From Takakia lepidozioides (taxonomy: Eukaryota; Plantae; Bryophyta): a stretch of 64,000 bases of DNA. Shown here piece after piece: positions 23,401 through 34,666 of the stretch. The notes beneath the pieces are model-generated. The model had not been told where the DNA came from and searched no databases. It saw nothing but the letters and a program-made list of their open reading frames with translations. Within the stretch, counting starts at the first letter, position 1, and every line of letters begins with the position of its first letter. Where the stretch lies: NCBI GenBank assembly GCA_030704615.1, contig CM060734.1:48546001-48610000 (forward strand), in the 5' to 3' direction. The position numbers and the translations under genes were made by a program.

Positions 23401-26400
23401 TTACTTATCCAACCCTACGTAGGTAATTCAATCTCCTGCAGAGCAGAGAACAGTCAAAGCATATCATGCCACAGTAGGCATGAAAGCCAAATTCCCGTGA
23501 CAAGTGAGAGGATAAGTCCCCTTGAACTGGCTTGAAACAAGATAGAAAGCCAGGACGAAAGAAAAAAGAAAAATGAACTTTTTCATGTCCACAGAGGGTC
23601 ATGGGGTCCCATGGGACAGGGAACAAACCAAGACTACTTTAGGAAGATATCATCCTGGGCTGGCCTGGCTGCCAGTATGTGATATAACAATAATAGTATT
23701 CCTCCTGGTTGTGGTGCACTTTTTGCAATTACTTAGCAGAAGCAATCATTGCCTCCCACCACTGCATTGGAAGGGGCTAAGATATGAGTCTTCATTACCT
23801 GCCTGCCGCATCAAGGTCAGCTAACAGGACTTGGACATGTTGAGTGACCATGGCACACTCCTTGGCAATGTAAAACCCACATTGCGCATTATCACCAGTC
23901 ACCATCAATGATCGCACCTGGTAAGTACTCCCAAAATTTAGACACACTACATAATTTCAAAGTGGAAAGTAACTGTTACGCCAAGCACAATGCTGGTTAA
24001 CGTGCATACTATTATAGTTGAGGTTATAAGCAGGTTCTAAGCCATTGTTGCAAAATTCTCATAAACGTACATTCAAAGTAGGACAAAGTCATCATAGATG
24101 ACAACGTCCTCAATTTAACTGCCATAAATAAGCTACCTCAATCATGCCCCAGTACTTCCAGCAGTGCAAGTTCTGACAAGTGCCACAATGTCATGTGACA
24201 AGAAAGAGGACACACTTCTTACACAACACATCAGCAAGTCCGCATTGACTGATGACATAGCTTAAAGGTCTGCTACTAGAAAGCCTGGGCACTTACCTCA
24301 CCCTTGCGGAGAGCCTCAATCGCACCCCGAGTGTCTTGTTTGAGTTCATTGCGAAACAGAAGAAGGGCAACAAAGGTAAGGTTGGATTCAAGCTCATCAC
24401 GGGACAACGACTTCACTTTGTCCAAGGGCATCATAGTGCCTAGGCTCCTGGTACTCACAATGACCACTCATGTTACTGTTTGCCAATTGGACATAGCTTG
24501 CAATCACAAGTCCTTCAAAAACCAGGCTAAAAGGTGTTCACACGTGGAGTACAGAGACCATAGAAACGTGAGAGCAAATAGATGGACAACAAAAGAGATA
24601 ATAGGGGGAGGAAGAGACTTGTAACTTAAGCCCAACACGTAGCAGCCGTCAAGAGCATGATCCTTAGCAGTCTGCAGGTACTCCGTGGGAATTCTACCTG
24701 CAGTGCTTAATTCCTGAACCCTTTCAAAAGACCCCTGCATAGATGCATGAACCATAAGCACTCAATATCCCAAAAACCGTTTCAAGCCAGTTCAAGGGGA
24801 CTTATCCTCTCACTTGTCCTCGGAATTTGGTTTTCACGCCTACTGTGGCATGACATGCTTTGACTATTCTCTGCTCTGCAGGAGATTGAATTACCTACGT
24901 AGGGTTGGATAAGTTAGAATTGAACACCTCTCTTTCTCGTGCAGGTACCCTTAGACAATCACTCGAGCAATAGTTTTTATTCTTGGCTCTGGTTTTGTTT
25001 CCTCTCTCATGTTTTCTTCCATTTTGTCCCATAAGATCTATGAGCTTTCCGCGGACGTTATAAAGCACCATTTCATTTCATTTCGTTGCTCTCTTTAACT
25101 TTATACGTTATAAAATTTCATTTCATTTCATTTCATTTCTATTTAACTTTTCCTTCCCATGGGTAGTTTCTCTTGGTCCCATAATAGATATCCTTCTCTA
25201 AGGCCTTTGAAATGTCTCCTATATCACAAAACTAGGATTTGTCCAGGTTGAAGAGTACAGAACATACACCACTTCTTTCTTTCTCCTATCAAATATAGAT
25301 GGGGAAGATGTGACATAAAGTTTTAGTATGTTTGTCAGAGACTGCTCTTCCTTGAGAGGCCTTGGTTTTGAAGGCTGGAACTCATTCAGTCAGTCTGTCG
25401 GTCTGTCTGTCTTTCTTGCTTTCTTTAAGGTTTGAAAGCAGACATAGAGCCCACCCCTGGAAGGGGGCAGTAGCTGCAAGGCAAAGTGGCTGTTAGTTAC
25501 ACCGGCTTCAGCCAGAGTCCTCTTCTTGAAGGCAGACTTGCACTCATCTTAAAATGAAATGGTACTCATCTTAAAGAAAGGGGCATTGGCACTCACTTTG
25601 CAATAGACATGAAGCTCTCCAGCACCATCTTGGATGACCACACTCATGGTGGCACGGGCATGCTCAAACTCATTCCGTCTCACAATTGTGTACTTTTTTC
25701 CCTCTCTGCTGGAAATAATAGGATATTCCTGTGCAGTGGTGCCTCCTTCCAACAAGTCCCAGCGAACTGCAGAAAACATTTTCACCTACATTGAAAATGT
25801 GTTATTAGACCTTCTACTCTTTAGGGTTTGAGAAGGGGAGAGAGGGGTGACATCATAGAGATAGAGGTGGGGAGAAGCACTTACAAGATGCAGATACAAG
25901 ACTTCTCAAGCAAGCAGAATAAACATCTCGCACCATGGGAATGGACAAATACAACCTACCTCGACTTCATTCCCCACAAACTGCTCCCCAAACTTGGTGA
26001 CTGCGTGACAGGTAGCCAGTCCCTTGATAGTGATGTTATCAATTGCTTCCATATTTTGGGGTGACAAAACAGGGCCAAATGACGGATGCTTATCACCATC
26101 ATGGAGAACACTTTGAATGCCTATGAAATCCAGGCCATTGTTTGTTAGGGTCCCAGTCTTGTCGAAGCAAAACACCCGGATCTTTCCAGCAATTGCAATT
26201 CGCTTTGGATTCACACAAAAAATTCCTCGCTTCTGCACCGGATATAAAAGTTTAGAAAGGCAACATTTACTTATTGCTCAGACGACAGATTCAATTACAG
26301 GTTGGATGTTGGACAGAGAGAGGAAGACAAATTGAGAGAAGGTGATCAGAAAGGATGGGTTGGGAGTTCTGCCCTTTTTCCTCCCAAAATAAGAAATGCA

Positions 26401-29400
26401 ATGACATGAAATGGTGCTTTATAATGTCCGCGGAAAGCTCATAGAGCTTATGGGACAAAATGGAAGAAAACATGAGAGAGGAAAGAAAACCAAAAGCCAA
26501 GAATAAGAGAAACTCTGTCTTTGTAAGCCGTAGTCTTGAGGCCATAAACCCTTGCAACCTGGTAGAGCTGAAAAAGGGGAAGAGGGGGAAGGATAGAAAG
26601 ACAGAGTAAAGGAAGGGAAAGGAACTTTACAAGGTCCATGGGAAGCTCAAAGGAAAACATACGGACACTAGCATCAGTGAAGTCTCGGTCCATGAAGAGG
26701 AAAGGGAAGAAGAAATGAATGAAATGGACCTTTATAACGTCCGCAGAAAAGGAGAGCAAGAAACAAGAAAGAATAAAAGACAGAGCGAAGCCAGAAGCAG
26801 CCCAAATGCAACTACTACTCTAGTGATTGTCTAAGAAAGAAAGCCAGAGAGAAATTTTATAAATCCACGGGTGCCCATGGGACAAAGTAGAACAACAAGA
26901 AAGGGAGGAAGAAGGACATAAAATTCCATCCACGGGAAATGAAATGAAATGGTAGTTTCTGATGTCCACAGTAAGCTCAAAGAGCTTATGGGACAAAATG
27001 GTAAAAGACAACAAAACCAGAGCCAAAAAGAAAGAAAGAATCTCTAAACAGCAGTGCAACAAACTTCATCACTTGAAAACATCCTACGTATAAGGAGCAG
27101 TGTACCCTAAAGCTAAGGATGACAATACAATTATCAACGTTAAACCATCTTCTCTATGAAATCAGAAAGGATGTATTGAAGGGATACAAGTGGGATGTAC
27201 CTTGAGGCGTCCAGCAGCATAGATCTGTCCAATCTCAAGTGCGACAGGAAGCAGAGGAGAAAGAATTTGACTCATAATGGCTATGCAGTAGGTCCACTTG
27301 GTAACCCAGATGCTTATTTGCCCCGTACGATACTGTCCAAGAGTTTTTGAAAGAATGAGAAAGGACGATTACAAGGAACCCCACCACGACCCCAGATGTG
27401 GACACACAATTTGGGTAATTTTATTATCGAGTGACAGGCTATGTGAATGCTGAGACCAAGCAGAGCATCCTACTCTTCTAAGATGCTTCATTTGAAATAA
27501 TGCAGGGTGATGGCAAAATATTCATTCAGAACCAACTGAGACTTGTTAAGTCCATAACAAGGTACACTGACCTGGAATGTTAGAGAGAGTGCGCAGCAAA
27601 CAGCTGCATATGCCAAAAGAAGCATCACCACTATTGGAAGTTCCTCGTCATACTTGAAAACCATTCGCTCAGGATAGAGTATGGTGGACAACAACTTGCC
27701 TTTCGACGTACTCATTCCTAATAACACATCGACCCAAACATAGAGTTTAGCACTACAAATCAAAAGGCTTAGAGGCATTTGAAATAGTCTGCTGAAGAAT
27801 TGGCTTCCATGCCCTTGTCCTTGTCTACTGGCTAAGTCCACTTCTCTTGAATTCACTTCAGTTCACATAAACCTAAACCAGGTTCACATGCACTCGGCAA
27901 CAGCTGAAGTTGAGGATACCCTTTGCATCAAAGTCTTTTCTAAAGCGAAGTTCGACTTATTGCAATCAGTCTAGAGGAAAAAGAACATAGCCATGCTAAA
28001 GTATGACACCTATATCTCAAGCCGAGGTGAGCATTGCTGAGTTCTCCACCAAGCAACAGTTAGGATTGCCCCACACTGCTGTGTTTTCCAATCAACATTG
28101 GGTCAAAAGGGACTGTGTCACAGTAATCCATTCCTTCCTTATATGAAAGCAGAACTGAATTACTCACTATAGCAATTTGCATATTGTAAGGTGACCACTT
28201 AGCTAGGTCAGGGTCAACCAAGAGGGAATTACTGGTAACCTGTGGAAGTGACAATTGCGAACACTTGTTCAATGCCTCCACTCCCTGCCTGCAGCACCTC
28301 TGTGCCAGAGCAGAGTGTGTGTCGGGCACCCCCAGGACCTTCAGGCTCATAAAAACTTGAGTTGCTGGGAGCCTGGTACTTTTGCACAGGCATTGCCTCC
28401 CCTGTAAGGTTACTCTCATTGCAGACACAGACCCCTGGATAAAACAGCAAATACCTTAATATGCAACATTGTACCAACATAAAAAATGAAATGAAATGAA
28501 ATGGAACTTTATGACGTCCGCAGAAAGCCTTGATACTTCATGCCAAACTGAATCTGGGGCCAGTGATTGATAACTGCTAACGTTGTGAGCATTGATGATT
28601 TTTGCTGGCAGAGCTTGTATTATGGATCAACAAATCAAGTTCATCTGTGGAAGGTTATGCAAGACCCCACCACCGGGTGTTCACCTCGACCTGTGAGCCA
28701 ATGTCCCTCATCCGTGTCTTTGTCAACTTGTCCTTACAGTCATTTAGATGTGATTCCTCAGTAGGTATACAGTTTTAAAGCATGCAAGTGTGCACAATGG
28801 TGTTCTGGATATAGACCAACACCACTACCTAGGACCAGTTTTGGATTCCAAGACACGATATGACATGCGTGGCTTGTCAGTACTCTCTGCACATACATGT
28901 ATGTGCTTGCTAGAAACGTGCAAAATTGCAAAGGTGATTATGGATGAATACATGAGTCTGCCCCTCTCTTCCCCTCGCTTTTGGAGGGTGATGTTGAGAT
29001 TCAAGTACCTTGGACAATCAAAAGGTCACAGGGAAGATTCCAATTGCTTCTCACTTTGACCAGATCACCGGGGACAAGCATGCGAAAGTCTAGTTTCATC
29101 CATGTCCCATTGCGTTTCACATCCACGTCACTTGCATACTCAGTAAGCTACAGACACATACAAGGTTGACGTCCATGATTAGCCTGTTACTCAAATGATA
29201 CACAAAACTTTGATGGCATTCACAGGGAATCCACTTGACAGAATTTTCTTCCATTTCATGTTGGATATGAAGATTATTCTGGCACCCTAGACCCATTGTT
29301 GAGTGATTACCAGCAGGATGGTAGGTTTTTATCCCTATTTCTAAATCTCTTGATTTACTCGATCATATGGAACGCCTCCTTTCCTCCTCCAGAGGCCAGA

Positions 29401-32400
29401 GGGAGGGGCTTGAAGGGAAGAACAGTACAGCAAATTAGTTATAGCCACTGGGTAAATCACCTAGTAATTGATTTTGCAGGATTCACAGGTTAGCACACCT
29501 TGGCAATGGCAAACTGGGACCGGCGGCGATTGAAGATGGTGATGGCAGCCGAGAGTAGCACAATAGAGAAGAGAAGGGCCCCCACAAATAAGTAGCTGAA
29601 CCATAGCCAGATTGCATAAATAATAAACTGGTACACTTTAAATAGGGTGAACATCTCCTCTGCAATGGATACCAACATGGGCTCAGGCTTGAACGGGATC
29701 TCATTAGGGCCAAGTCGCTCATGTCTATCTTCAGCAACCATTGTAGAGAGTCCCAGTGATACCTGAATACAACACATAACAAGACAAGTGTTGGATCTTG
29801 GTGACAAGTTACAGCACTTTCAGGTCATTACAGATCTGGACTGTTGCCAAGTTACACTGCGTTCACTCTTTCTTTGCTTTGGTGAGCAAACGTTTGACCA
29901 AGAGGAAGGACTTTCTCTTCATGACAATGAGAACATTTGCCTCAGGCAGTTTGAGAGCTGTTTTTTATGGGAAGTGCTATAAATTTGCAAGATGAATGAA
30001 CCCCTACAGCAAAACTGTCTAGGGTACTGAAAGAAGGCGTACAGCAAAACTGTCTAGGGTACTGAAAGAAGGCATACCTGATGGAAGTTTGCTTGATTCA
30101 CAGAAGCCCCCTCTATGAGATAACGCTGCCCTTGAAACAGAAAATAGAGCTCACCGGACTTGGTTCTACGAATTGGTATGGTCTCAGAGTGGCCCCGTTG
30201 CGCAGGGCGAGTCAGTTTATCCTGGAAAAAGAAATAAAGCATGAATCTATGGAGGTCCTATACCTTAAGATATGAGAAGAACACTGATTCACTAGTTGTC
30301 TCATATCTTTCTGTTTTGATTGTTTGAAAACATATTTGTCTGTGAGGGACAGATTTTGGTGCAAGTTCTCAACATGGAACTGCAAACCCAGGGAAAATTT
30401 AGTGTCAAAAGAGTCCAAGCCTAAAGCTACAGCAAGCAGAAACCATTATCTGACCAACCAAAGCCTCAGCATTGTGCTTGCACTGGAGTTTGGAGGAAGG
30501 GAGGGGTTGGAAAAGGTTGGGTGGGGGACAGGTAGGCGCTTCATCTCCTTGTCAAGTTTCTGTACATTCAGGTCTGCCTCACCTCAAACAAATCCATACC
30601 CCTGACGTTGAGTTTGCAAAGTAACATCAGGAGCTGAATACAGAGCAACCAGGGAGAGGAGCTAGATATGCGCACCTTCACTTTGCGGACAAAGTGTACG
30701 AGGGCAGTCACATTGACAGACAAAATCTCCTGCTGATCCCAGGCCCACACATGCACCACCTCTGCACGTGATAGAGGGCATGGCAAGCGAAACCAGTTGT
30801 GCACTACTCGTTTGTTCAATACCCACGTTGTGAACCAAACAACTGAGAAACACCAGAGACTAAAAAACACCTGGACATCCAACAACAGAAGGTGAGCCTC
30901 CTGAAATAATGGAAAGATAAATTTACAGGATAGTCATACAAATTGCCATGAGGTTTTGGATTTAATGTGTGCTTTCATATGAAGTGTTAGATCAAAGCAT
31001 AAAGAGGCTCGGAGTTGCTCTTTCTAACTCTAGTTTTCTCTCACCTGCCCAGCCCTCCAAGAAAGGGGATGAAAGGGTATGGAGAAAGAACTGACCGTGC
31101 CATTCCGTTTATAAGTCCCAAAAATGAAATAGGTCCCATAAAAGCACAAGTTGTCAATGCCAGTCACTTGGCATCTATCATATGTGTCTATCAGCACCAC
31201 CAAGTAAAGGCAAAACCATTGGATGGACATAAGGATACACAACCCGAAGCAAGTCTCTCCAAATGGAGTTGCCTTATAGCCTGTAAACTGCAGAAGCTGA
31301 CAACCTTGTCCTTCCACATCAATGACCATCTGTGTCCCACCTTTGTCCCCTTTAGATAACTTGCCCTGTGAATCAGACTTGCCCATGTTCTCCTGATTTC
31401 CAGTCTTCACTCCCATTATGAGGGGTTTCACAGGCCATTTCTTAACATGCCATGCCTTGACGATACTGAAGCTAGTGCAGGCAATGAACACTAAGCCCCA
31501 GAAAGCAAACACCGTGATCGGGCCTCGATGCAGCATATCAGGAACTCGGACCTGGCATGTGGGGTCATCAGAGCTTCCACAAATGGGAGGCCCTGTGGGG
31601 TATCCCATTTTGCCAGCCAGATGCTCTAGAAAATTCCAAAAGACCTTTGGACTTTCAAAGTCAGCCTCTGAAATGAGAACCTGCGACAACACGACAATGG
31701 TGTGCATTAATAAGATTTGAAGTATATATATGCTGCAGACTCTTACCACAACAGTGGCAGTAATTGTATAACAGTTGCTGACGGAAAATCAAGGGCCACA
31801 AAAGCCACAATCTGTTGGGGATTGATTCTCAGCTGTGCACACAAACAATTATGCACTTTCAATCCACAAACCTCTAAATTGTCTTGACACCACGAGCATT
31901 CCAGTAGTTACAATACAGTTTAATTTTTTAGAGGACAGGTCGAGTCGGAGCATGAAGGAAGTTCGAGCGACCTAGGGCATCAAATCTAGGTCAAGTGCAG
32001 GCTGGCCAAGCACATTGCAGCAAAAGGCTACACCTCTTTGGGGACCCTGATGTGCATATTTTTTGGGAAATTGAAGATCTCTGCATACTTGGAAATTCGT
32101 ATCGCAAAGGCATATCCATGCAACTGGCTATATCATGTGCAATGAATGCTCGCATGAGTCTTGAGTGAGTAGAGTTTCCAGCCAAAGAATGGCCCAAGGG
32201 CTGGCAATCCGATGGCACTCTCAGCAAACCTCCTACAGAAGGTGGGTGGAGTTCCATGACATGCTCTTTGCCAAAATAGTCTTCTAGCTTGTTATGTTGG
32301 GCACAGCTTTGCAACCTAGGACATCATGATTATTTGCCTGTCCCATTGTCTACTATTTTGTACCAAGGGTGATCAGTGGAAGGACCAAACCTGTTCCCAA

Positions 32401-33397
32401 TTGACAAGGAATGTTTTAAAATTGCTAGCGTATGGGTTGCACAATGACACTATCACAGGCAATCTGCCTGAAAAGCTGATTGTCTTCAAAATACTTCTAA
32501 GGGCATGAAGGAGATGGCAATATGGGACTGAATTAAACGCCATGTTAAGTGTCAATTAGCTCATCTTTAACTCGGACCTTGCTGCTTGAGATCCAAACAT
32601 ATCACTCTCAAGGGGGAAACCCGGTTTATGTTAAAGGACAGAATTTTGCAAGCTTGTCCTCACATACTTCAAAACAAAATAGAAGGGTCAGTTCCAGTCT
32701 ACTCTAATCCGTCAGCTTCAGAGATCTATGGCTTTCATTGTACTCTAGATCATGAAACTTACATGGCAGCACAAAAGATGAATCCAATATGCAATTAGGA
32801 GGTGCATTTGAAATGGATGACCCAGTCAGTATACTTGTGTGGCTGTACGTACATAAGGAGTGCCTTATACATGGTACACTCAGCTGTTGGCATTTTGCTT
32901 GGGAACTGGTGCACTGATGTGTTGGTATTCGTCCAAACCATTCCGAAAATGTGTTAGTGATTCCAGCTCAATGATGGACAAGATATAACACCTGATAGTG
33001 AGAAGTCATGAACACCTGAAGTGGTTGAAGGGACAAAGATCATGAAATAGAAATACAGTACTACGTACTAGTTTGACTTCACAATCATTTATCCTATCTT
33101 CAGTGGACTCTTCATCTAAAAGTCCTCCAGCGTCTTACTGGTCTACGCCACGATTATCTTTTTTTGCTATACAAATGGCACTGGCTTTAGAAGACTCTAG
33201 TCGACATTGTGATGTGCTATGTAACAAGTGATCACCTTACCCCAATCAGTCACATATGCTTCATCTAATTTCCAGTAGAACCTTCTAAGACAGTCCCTCG
33301 CATAACCTTGATTGCACTCGAAACTGATAGTTCCGGCTGCAATCTGACTCTGACTTGCGGCAAGGATTTGCTGGTGAGCTGTGTTACCCACCAAACC
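17413..33397 (-). CDS. P5-type (P5B/ATP13A-like) P-type ATPase, about 20 or more exons; 5' exons uncertain
   Basis: Exons spliced at GT-AG give [18 protein letters not shown], the M4 exon 27201-27332 ([15 protein letters not shown]), CFDKTGTLT (Asp at 26161-26163), K|[28 protein letters not shown]...[27 protein letters not shown] and C-terminal TM exons. The last exon 17413-17487 ends in TAG. Confidence 0.88.
20122..20540 (-). mobile_element. 5'-truncated LINE 3' end with (CATTT)n-type tail, intronic
   Basis: Minus strand VETSRW...YCLCPAC...[14 protein letters not shown] (LINE C-terminal zinc finger), followed by the family 3' end TTATAAAGTATCATTTC. Confidence 0.7.
22420..22700 (+). mobile_element. 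LINE C-terminal remnant, intronic
   Basis: Reads LRIETGR...[19 protein letters not shown] and is similar to 20280-20530. Confidence 0.65.
23232..23538 (-). repeat. (CATTT)n-tailed retroposon copy; left arm of a long inverted repeat
   Basis: Reverse complement of 24779-25084 with few mismatches. Confidence 0.9.
24779..25084 (+). repeat. (CATTT)n-tailed retroposon copy; right arm of a long inverted repeat
   Basis: Ends GCGGACGTTATAAAGCACCATTTCATTTCATTTC and matches 23232-23538 in inverted orientation. Confidence 0.9.
30005..30074. repeat. 35-bp tandem duplication inside a short ATPase intron
   Basis: TACAGCAAAACTGTCTAGGGTACTGAAAGAAGGC(G/A) x2, next to the splice donor at 30076-30077. Confidence 0.9.
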
Positions 33398-34476
33398 TGC
33401 AACTGTCAGCTCTCAGAAGCGGTTTACTTTTGGGGCCATCACTCCCTCATTGATATGAGTCTGTCTACGCGGGTGCGCATTTCATGAAATCATGCTGAAT
33501 TTCTTTCCTCCCAATCACTTCGCCTCCCGTAAGTAGACAAATTCAAGACTGTTGATGATTACCACATTCGTATCTCAAGATTCCCAACGAGCTGGTGTGA
33601 AGTGACCAGGCAAACGAACTGGAAACTTAGAGTTAATGTTTTTTAAGTTCTTAAGTTTTTCTGGGAGGGGGCAATAGGGGGAAGACAGAGAGAGATGTAA
33701 TAACAGTTCACAATGTCCTACGGAATCTCGCCGTAACAGCCCTCACCAAGGTGACACCAGCGGTCTCTGTGGATGTTATACTTCGAGCCACAACCAATGC
33801 AATTCAGAAATAGGAAATACCAAGAGGCAAAGGGAGAGAACTCCAACAAGTGCGACAGGGGGGTGAAAAAACCACGAGAATGAGTATTCACAAAGGAGAA
33901 GGAAGGAAGAGGGCCTGTGGGGAAGAGTGGAGGAGATTAGTCTTCTCGACGAACCAGGACAGAATCAGGGATGAATCTCGCAGACAGAAGAGGCGCAGCT
34001 CTTGTGCAGAGACAGACTGTCACAATGAGCACTTATATGGAAACAAAATATGCAACGACACATCGTGACATTGCAAAGGTCTCAGCTCCCACAGTTTCAA
34101 GACAGAGAGATACACACGTATACGTATCTCTAGACGACTCACGTGTACAGGTAGCCCGCCAGCTAACCAAACAAGCAATCGGACAAGCGAGAAACAATCA
34201 CACGCATAAGTAGACACACACCCACGGATACACAAAGCTCTCGAGAAGCAATCGTCGTCTGTGTTTACTACGTATGCGCTCACTCCCCTCGTCGGTGACG
34301 GCGACGTCTCTGTCAGCAGAGCTGTCTGACGGAGACATCCATCCGTGGACATCGACCGAAGAATGGTTTCCCGAAGAACCCCATAAAATGGAAAACTCTC
34401 ATCCGTCAACGGAGAAGAAATCGGGTCTTCGGCCGTGGTTTACGGACTAGGTAGCATTCCAGAGGAGCCCCTGCTG

Positions 34477-34666
34477 CCGGATATAGCATGGAGCCAGGAC
34501 CTACCGAGCCGCGTTAGCGGCGAGGTGTCATGGTGACCTGCTGTCCGATAGCAGGGGCTTCTCTCGAGCGCTACCGGACATAAACGGTTTTTAGGGCAGC
34601 GAGCCAGTCCTGTACATACCTACCGCCACCGGATATAGCAGGGAGCCAGGACCTACCGAGCCGCGT
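34477..34666. repeat. ~38-bp direct repeat pair in a GC-rich segment upstream of the ATPase
   Basis: CCGGATATAGCA(T/G)GGAGCCAGGACCTACCGAGCCGCGT at 34477 and 34629. Confidence 0.8.
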
